From Candidatus Multivoradales bacterium (lineage in GTDB: Bacteria > Acidobacteriota > Thermoanaerobaculia > Multivoradales > Multivoraceae), in assembly GCA_965223325.1 (NCBI GenBank), contig CBDCWI010000002.1:832001-896000 (forward strand): a stretch of 64,000 bases of DNA, read 5' to 3'. Shown in pieces: positions 58,022 to 64,000 of the stretch. Numbering within the stretch: position 1 is the stretch's first letter; the number at the start of each line of letters is the position of its first letter. The notes under the pieces were generated by a model, which saw only the letters and a list, made by a program, of their open reading frames with translations, ran no database searches and was not told the origin of the DNA. The translations under genes were made by a program, and so were the position numbers.

Positions 58022-60778
58022 TCAGTCGTGGCGAAGGGCTTCGCTGGGGGCGATGCTGGCTGCGCGGCGGGCCGGGATCAGGCAGGCGAGGGCGGCGCTC
58101 GCGAGCAGGGTTCCGGTGACCAGGGCGATGGTGACGGGATCGGTCGGCGACACGCCGTAGAGAATCGCGCTCAGTGAACGGGCGGCGACGAGTCCGAGGC
58201 CGACACCCATGGCCAGACCGATGGCGGTTAGAAGAACGCCGCGTTGCAAGACCATGGTGATGATCTCGCGGTAGCTTGCGCCAAGTGCCAGGCGCACTCC
58301 GATTTCATGTGTGCGGCGCCCGACCGAGTAGGCAAGCACCCCGTAGAGTCCGACGGCCGCCATCAAGAGACCCAGGATCCCGAAGAGGCCGAAGAAGATC
58401 GCCGCCAGTCGAGGCAGCGACATCACCGGCGCCATCAAATCTCCAATCGGGCCGAGGGCGCTGACCGCCAGGTGGGGATCCTGCTTGCGAATCGCCCGAC
58501 GAACGAGCGACGTCGCCGCCAGGTCGGCGCGATCGAAGCGCACAATAGCCGTCCGTGAGCTAGAACCAAACTGGTCGATGGGCAGCCAGATGTGCCAACG
58601 CGGTGCCTCCCCGAGAACGCGGTAGGAACCGTCCGCCGCAACACCGACGACTTCGAAGGGTTCACCCTCCGGGCTAGTCCAGAAGTGCTGACCCAGCGCC
58701 TCCTCGCCCGGCCAGAGATCGTCGGCCATGACCCGGCTGACGACCGCCGTGCGCGCCGCACCTTCGCGGTCACGCTCGTCGAGCACACGACCATGGATCA
58801 GCGGAATCTGCATGGTCTCGAAGTAGCCCGGGCCGACGAACGCGGTATCGGCGCGCGGCCATTGGTCGAGCGGCACTTCGAGGCGGCTGCGGTCGGCGAT
58901 ATCCCAGGTGTTGATCCACATCGTGAGCGGAACGTGACTAGCGGTGCTGACCGAAACCACCCCAGGAGCGCCTGCCAGGTCTTCGGTCAGCTGGCTGTAG
59001 AACTGCGTCGCTTGCTCGTCGTTGTAGCCCTGGAGCTCCGGATCGAGCTGCGCGACGACGACACCATCGGGCTCGAAGCCGAGGTCCATGTTGACCGCGT
59101 TGCGTGCCGAGCGCGCCGTGAGAACCGCCACCACCAGAAGCAAAGCTGACAGCGCGACCTGCACGACCACCAGACTGCTCTGCAGGCGAATGCCGCGACG
59201 GGAACCGCCGCTGCGCTCTTGATTGTCGCGCAGAATGCCCGAGCTTCCCGACAGGCTTTCGAAGGCCGGCACCAGGCCAAACACCACTGCCGTCACGAAC
59301 GCCAGACCCGCGGTCGCTGCCAGCACGCGGTGGTCGATCTGAAGCCCTAGTTCGATGGGAATGAAGAGTGCGAAATCGAAGCGACCGAGGAGCGCCTGGA
59401 ATGCTGCTACCACTATCACCGACAGAAGTGCACCGAGCACCGCGAGGACGAGGCTCTCGACCATCAACTGACGGAGCAGTCGGCCGCGCCCGGCGCCGAG
59501 TGATCTGCGTAGCGCCAGCTCGCCACGACGGGCGATCCCGCGCGCCAGCAGCATATTGGCGAGATTGGCGCACGCGATCAAGAGCACCAGTCCCACCAGT
59601 GCGAGCAGAATCGCCGAGCCGACTTCGAGTCCGTCATCGACTGCCGAGATCAGGCGCACGTCATGGAGGGCCATGCTGATGAACTCGACCTGCTCGTTGC
59701 TGTCGGGGTACTCGGATGCGATCTGTAAACCACGCGCGCCGACCGCGGCTTCGGCCTCACTGAAGGACACACCCGGGTCGCGCCTGGCAATCGTCCACAG
59801 CCAGCGTCGACCACGCTGCTCAACGAGCGGCAGGCCATTGCTCGACGACCCGCTGCTTTGCATGGGCGCCGCCTCGATCGCCAGACCCCAGTGCAGCGGC
59901 ATCCACAGTTCCGGTCCCAACGACCGAAACAGGCCGGTGAACTCGGGGGGCGCAACGCCGACGATCGTCGCGATCTCACCGTTGACCCTCACCGTCTTAC
60001 CGACCACGTCGCGGGCACCGCCAAAGCGCATTCGCCACGCTCGATCAGAAAGCACAACCACCGGCTGGAAGCCGGCGGCGCCGTCATCGTCGGCCTGCAA
60101 CAGACGCCCGAGCCGGGGCTTGACACCGAGCAGCTCGAAGTAGGTGCCGCTCGCCATCTCGACCACCGCAAGCTCGGCCTGACCGTCGACCTCGAGCGCC
60201 ACCCGGCTCATCGCATAGGCGGAAACCGTCTCGAGTTCTGGCAACGAACGCAGGTCTTGGATGTCGGGGTACGACATGGGCTCGGTCGGAAAGAAGCCGT
60301 TGGGCTGCACGGTGTAGAGCCGCATGACCTCATCCGGACGCTCGACCGGATACGGCCGCAGGAGCAGCGCGTCAACGAGGCTGAACACCGAAACGTTGAG
60401 CCCGATACCGAGCGCCAGAGTCAGCGCCGCCACCAGGGCAAAGCCAGGGTCACGGCGTAAGCGGCGCATCGCAAGTCGAAAGTCGGAGCGCAGTCCCGTC
60501 AACCAGCCGCTCGCCCCCGACCCCGACTCGACCGCCGCGGGTGTCAGCCCGCGGCGACGTGGGTGCCTGGCCAGGTTCGCCGCCAGCTCCTCAAAGCCCG
60601 GCGCTTGCAGGTCGAGAAAGCGCTCGAACGCCACCTCATCACGATCACCGTTTTCGGACTCCCAGGCGTCGCGCAGAATCTGTGCCAGCTCCTCAACCAC
60701 CTCGACCTCGTCGGCCGGATCGAGACCCAACCGCGGCAGGTTCGACCGCACGATCGCTTCCCAGTCGCGCTCAGACAT
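58022..60778 (-). CDS. ADOP-type duplicated ABC permease with N-terminal permease-prefix domain
   Basis: EVVEELAQ prefix; D.RLA.RRL.RDPGF, LLIACANLANMLLAR, RTHEIGVRLALGA, PARRAA. Confidence 0.93.
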   Translation of the reverse strand: MSERDWEAIVRSNLPRLGLDPADEVEVVEELAQILRDAWESENGDRDEVAFERFLDLQAPGFEELAANLARHPRRRGLTPAAVESGSGASGWLTGLRSDFRLAMRRLRRDPGFALVAALTLALGIGLNVSVFSLVDALLLRPYPVERPDEVMRLYTVQPNGFFPTEPMSYPDIQDLRSLPELETVSAYAMSRVALEVDGQAELAVVEMASGTYFELLGVKPRLGRLLQADDDGAAGFQPVVVLSDRAWRMRFGGARDVVGKTVRVNGEIATIVGVAPPEFTGLFRSLGPELWMPLHWGLAIEAAPMQSSGSSSNGLPLVEQRGRRWLWTIARRDPGVSFSEAEAAVGARGLQIASEYPDSNEQVEFISMALHDVRLISAVDDGLEVGSAILLALVGLVLLIACANLANMLLARGIARRGELALRRSLGAGRGRLLRQLMVESLVLAVLGALLSVIVVAAFQALLGRFDFALFIPIELGLQIDHRVLAATAGLAFVTAVVFGLVPAFESLSGSSGILRDNQERSGGSRRGIRLQSSLVVVQVALSALLLVVAVLTARSARNAVNMDLGFEPDGVVVAQLDPELQGYNDEQATQFYSQLTEDLAGAPGVVSVSTASHVPLTMWINTWDIADRSRLEVPLDQWPRADTAFVGPGYFETMQIPLIHGRVLDERDREGAARTAVVSRVMADDLWPGEEALGQHFWTSPEGEPFEVVGVAADGSYRVLGEAPRWHIWLPIDQFGSSSRTAIVRFDRADLAATSLVRRAIRKQDPHLAVSALGPIGDLMAPVMSLPRLAAIFFGLFGILGLLMAAVGLYGVLAYSVGRRTHEIGVRLALGASYREIITMVLQRGVLLTAIGLAMGVGLGLVAARSLSAILYGVSPTDPVTIALVTGTLLASAALACLIPARRAASIAPSEALRHD

Positions 60779-61130
60779 CACGCCCTCCAATCAATGCCTC
60801 TTCGAGATCAAAACCCACGATCTGGTGCACCGCACGAATGAACTCGAGCCACTCCGCGCGCTCGACCCCGAGCGCATCGCGGCCGCGTTTGGTCAGTCGG
60901 TAGAAGCGCCTCCGCCGCTCCCCCGCCTTCTCCACCCAGCGACCACGAATCCAACCCCGCTCCTCGAGTCGCGAAAGCAGGGTGTAGAGCGACGCCACGT
61001 GAAACACCAGCGCGCCGTCCGAGCGCCGTTCGATCTGTTTGGCGATTTCATAGCCGTGCCGATCACGCTCGCCAAGGAGCGACAGCACCAGCATGTCGGC
61101 CGCTCCTTTCTTTCGTTCCCGATCTCGCAT
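60771..61130 (-). CDS. PadR family transcriptional regulator (Acidobacterial type)
   Basis: KKGAADMLVL..L..HGYEI, SLY.LL.RLE.RGWI, RRRFYRLT..G. Confidence 0.92.
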   Translation of the reverse strand: MRDRERKKGAADMLVLSLLGERDRHGYEIAKQIERRSDGALVFHVASLYTLLSRLEERGWIRGRWVEKAGERRRRFYRLTKRGRDALGVERAEWLEFIRAVHQIVGFDLEEALIGGRDV

Positions 61131-61138
61131 CGCGGACT

Positions 61139-61165
61139 CCTATAGATGGTAATACCACCTATAGG
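61139..61165. promoter_or_regulatory. Palindromic operator directly upstream of padR
   Basis: CCTATAG-A-TGGTA-A-TACCA-C-CTATAGG: 27 bp with one mismatched pair, 8 nt from the start codon. Confidence 0.65.
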
Positions 61166-61359
61166 TACGCAACAGGTACCGGCCAGGTTTCAAACGAGGC
61201 GGGCATCGTGGCGCGGCGGCCCAGGCTTCCCTCCAGAGACCTCCGAACCACCGTTCCAACGAAGGCACGAATCCGCGGCGCGCGACCAACGAATCGAAGT
61301 CTCATCAAGCACCATCAGGGCGGAAACCACAGCAGGCAACACCCGCAACGGACCGCTTG

Positions 61360-63269
61360 GATACGCCGGGATAAACCGGCATGGAGAAAGGAATGAGAGA
61401 GTCCCACCCTCGAAGGGGTAGCGACCCAGAGGGTCCCCGAGTCATGCGCCGGCTCCCGCGAGGGTGCGGTGAAGCGTTGACAGGGGCACACACAGGCCGG
61501 GTATTGAGCCGCGAAATAAGAATTTGGGAGTGCCGACGCTGTCAAGCGAAGCGGAAGGCGAGACTCCGTAGCGCGCTATCGCGAGCTCTGCGGCGACTCC
61601 CCGCGGTCGTAGACCCTGTGCATGTGTGGAATCTCCATGCGCGAGAACCGGGAGATCCGCGATCTGGCCAGTTGGGTATCTGGTCCGCATCGGGAAGGCT
61701 AGAGGCCGTAAGCCGATGACGCACGGATGGCGGAAGTCAGACAGGCCCGTAGTACCTGCGAAGTCGTCGAACAACGGTGGGAGACCAGCGGCGGAGGCGG
61801 TGGAGGGAAGGGGCCTGGCCAAGGGGAACACGGGCAAGCAAAACGCACCCCGGACACAGAGCCGGATGGAGAGTGCGAGCAATGCGCTGGGCCGTGTACG
61901 AGAAGCCGCCCGCAGGGGCAAGGAAGTGAAGTTCACAGCGCTTCTTCACCACATCACGGTCGAGCGACTCCGGAGCGCATTTGACGTGTTGCACCGAGAC
62001 GCAGCGGCAGGAGTGGACGGAGTGTCATGGAGCGAGTACGCAGAATCTTTGCTGAGCAATCTCGAGGACCTGCACTCTCGTGTCCACCGTGGGAGCTACC
62101 GGGCGAGTGCGACTCGTCGCGTCTACATCGAGAAATCGGATGGGCGGTTCCGACCGCTTGGCATCGCCACGTTGGAGGACAAGATCCTTCAGCGCGCCGT
62201 CGTCTCGGTGTTGGATGCGATCTACGAGGAAGACTTTCTCGGGTACTCATACGGATTCAGGCGAGGCCGCAGCCAGCACGATGCTTTGGATGCGCTATTC
62301 GTTGGAATCACAAAGCGGAAGGTGAACTGGGTGCTCGACGCAGACATTCGTGGGTTCTTCGATGCCCTGGACCACGAGTGGCTGGTGAAGTTTCTCGAGC
62401 ACCGTATCGGAGACCGTAGGATCCTTCGCCTCATCCAGAAATGGCTGAGGTCCGGAGTGATGGAAGACGGTAAGTGGCACGCGAGCACGCGGGGGACTCC
62501 TCAGGGGGCGACGATTTCGCCTCTCCTCGGGAACGTGTACCTGCACTACGTGCTCGATCTCTGGGTCCAGCAGTGGAGGAAACGCAACGCGCTTGGGGAC
62601 ATGATCTTCGTGCGCTACGCGGATGACTTCATCGTTGGATTTGAGAGGCAGGAGGAGGCAGAACGATTCCTCGAGGAACTGAACCTGCGACTCCGTGACT
62701 TCTCGTTGGAGATCCAACCCGAGAAGACGCGCCTGCTGGAGTTTGGCCGCTTTGCGGCCTACAACCGACGCGCGCGAGGTCTCGGGCGGCCGGAGACCTT
62801 CGAGTTTCTAGGCTTTACGCACTGCTGTGCGCAGTCTAGTCGAGGGAGGTTCTTGCTGAAGCGCATCACGAGCCGCCACCGAATCCGCAGGACACTGAAG
62901 GCTGTCGGTACGGCCCTTCTGGGACACCGACACTCGCCGCTACCAGAGCAAGGTCTCTGGCTGGGATCCGTGGTGCGAGGCTTCAATGCCTACTACGGCG
63001 TACCCGGCAACTCAGCGGCGTTGAACGCCTTTCGACAGGAGGTCATTCGGCACTGGATGCGCGCTCTGCGCCGACGCAGTGACAAAGACCGCACGTCCTG
63101 GAAACGGATGTGGGCCCTGGTGGCCCACTACCTACCCAAAGCCCGAGTCCAACATCCCTGGCCTGATGAGCGACTTGTCGTCAATACCTGAGGCAGGAGC
63201 CCAGTGCATTAGCAGTGCACGCTGGGATCTGTGCGGGGGGCGCCGGGCAACCGGCGCTCCTACCGCGAT
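61360..63269 (+). mobile_element. Group II intron (IIB ribozyme, probably bacterial class E), full length, 1910 nt
   Basis: Boundaries fixed by comparison with the empty repeat units. EBS1 CAAGCG (61543-61548) pairs with IBS1 CGCTTG (61354-61359). DI stem GCATGGAGA/TCTCCATGC. DV at 63197-63229 with AGC triad and AC bulge. DVI with bulged A63262. Ends in AT. Confidence 0.95.
61866..63191 (+). CDS. ltrA: Group II intron reverse transcriptase/maturase without endonuclease domain
   Basis: AAGVDG, RPLGI..EDK, SYGFR, DADI.GFFD, GTPQG..ISPLL, RYADD, FEFLGF, maturase X domain. The frame is open further upstream; ATG 61866 chosen as likely to lie in domain IV. Confidence 0.95.
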   Translation: MESASNALGRVREAARRGKEVKFTALLHHITVERLRSAFDVLHRDAAAGVDGVSWSEYAESLLSNLEDLHSRVHRGSYRASATRRVYIEKSDGRFRPLGIATLEDKILQRAVVSVLDAIYEEDFLGYSYGFRRGRSQHDALDALFVGITKRKVNWVLDADIRGFFDALDHEWLVKFLEHRIGDRRILRLIQKWLRSGVMEDGKWHASTRGTPQGATISPLLGNVYLHYVLDLWVQQWRKRNALGDMIFVRYADDFIVGFERQEEAERFLEELNLRLRDFSLEIQPEKTRLLEFGRFAAYNRRARGLGRPETFEFLGFTHCCAQSSRGRFLLKRITSRHRIRRTLKAVGTALLGHRHSPLPEQGLWLGSVVRGFNAYYGVPGNSAALNAFRQEVIRHWMRALRRRSDKDRTSWKRMWALVAHYLPKARVQHPWPDERLVVNT

Positions 63270-63917
63270 CGCCGCAAAGGTGATCAGTAGCAGGCGCCGT
63301 GGTAACGACCCAACGCATCTGCGAGGTCACCGCCCCACACCCACCGCAAGCCAGACGGAGAGCGCCAACCAAAGGCCGCTACCACGGCACCGACAGGCTT
63401 CCCTCCAGAGACCTCCGAACCACCGTTCCAACGAAGGCACGAATCCGCGGCGCGCGACCAACGAATCGAAGTCTCATCAAGCACCATCAGGGCGGAAACC
63501 ACAGCAGGCAACACCCGCAACGGACCGCTTGCGCCGCAAAGGTGATCAGTAGCAGGCGCCGTGGTAACGGCCCAACGCATCTGCGAGGTCACCGCCCCAC
63601 ACCCACCGCAAGCCAGACGGAGAGCGCCAACCAAAGGCCGCTACCACGGCACCGACAGGCTTCCCTCCAGAGACCTCCGAACCACCGTTCCAACGAAGGC
63701 ACGAATCCGCGGCGCGCGACCAACGAATCGAAGTCTCATCAAGCACCATCAGGGCGGAAACCACAGCAGGCAACACGCGCAACGGACCGCTTGCGCCGCA
63801 AAGGTGATCAGTAGCAGGCGCCGTGGTAACGACCCAACGCATCTGCGAGGTCACCGCCCCACACCCACCGCAAGCCAGACGGAGAGCGCCAACCAAAGGC
63901 CGCTACCACGGCGACTG

Positions 63918-64000
63918 CTACAACCGTTCTTCGATGAACTCCGTCATACGACGGTAGAGGTCGTAGACCAGGTTCGGGTCGCGCACGCCGTGGCGGGAGC
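63918..64000 (-). CDS. C-terminus of an S9 (dipeptidyl-peptidase IV-like) peptidase, partial
   Basis: Minus frame reads SRHGVRDPNLVYDLYRRMTEFIEERL*, resembling the S9B tail with the catalytic His. Confidence 0.6.
   Translation of the reverse strand, partial: SRHGVRDPNLVYDLYRRMTEFIEERL

Larger units (their letters stand above)
61222..63912. repeat. Tandem array of three 262-bp units; unit 1 is interrupted by the intron
   Basis: Unit 1 = 61222-61359 + 63270-63393; unit 2 = 63394-63655; unit 3 = 63656-63912 (257 bp). Only two internal substitutions seen (63570, 63777). Confidence 0.95.

Noticed and set aside
61626-63191. RT as a retron, DGR or defence RT
   Set aside because: It has a typical group II RT with maturase domain and is flanked by clear ribozyme domains I, V and VI.
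63470-63495. Hammerhead ribozyme/retrozyme in the repeat (minus-strand CUGAUGG and UUGAUGA)
   Set aside because: No exact CUGANGA core and no correctly placed GAAA.
63284-63896. Repeated 116-aa ORFs (MVGALRLACGGCG...) and the 157/171-aa plus-strand ORFs
   Set aside because: A by-product of the 262-bp period, which is not a multiple of 3. No RBS or recognisable domain; treated as non-coding, though translation cannot be excluded.
63270-63912. CRISPR array or integron cassette array
   Set aside because: Units are identical along their whole length with no unique spacers or cassettes; no cas or intI gene in the window; no RYYYAAC/GTTRRRY ends.

Overview
GC-rich, gene-dense bacterial chromosome segment. 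The PadR plus two ADOP-type ABC permeases, a TPR Ser/Thr kinase, a VPS10-type hydrolase and a PVC-type haem protein suggest Acidobacteriota (inference). Most of the window is ordinary metabolic, transport and secreted-protein genes, about 45 CDS. Main points: (1) A complete 1910-nt group II intron (61360-63269, class-E-like RT/maturase, no endonuclease domain) sits inside the first of three near-identical 262-bp tandem repeats. Its EBS1 (CAAGCG) matches the exon end (CGCTTG), the two downstream units each keep an empty target site, and each unit folds into long hairpins that pair fully only on the minus strand. (2) A selenocysteine formate dehydrogenase (in-frame UGA plus SECIS; split in two by the ORF track) lies in an operon with a NuoE-NuoF-like fusion and formate-THF ligase. 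(3) There are a CsoR copper operon with twin operators, a PadR operator palindrome, several frameshifted genes, and enzymes with altered catalytic motifs. All calls come from reading the sequence and motifs; no searches were run.
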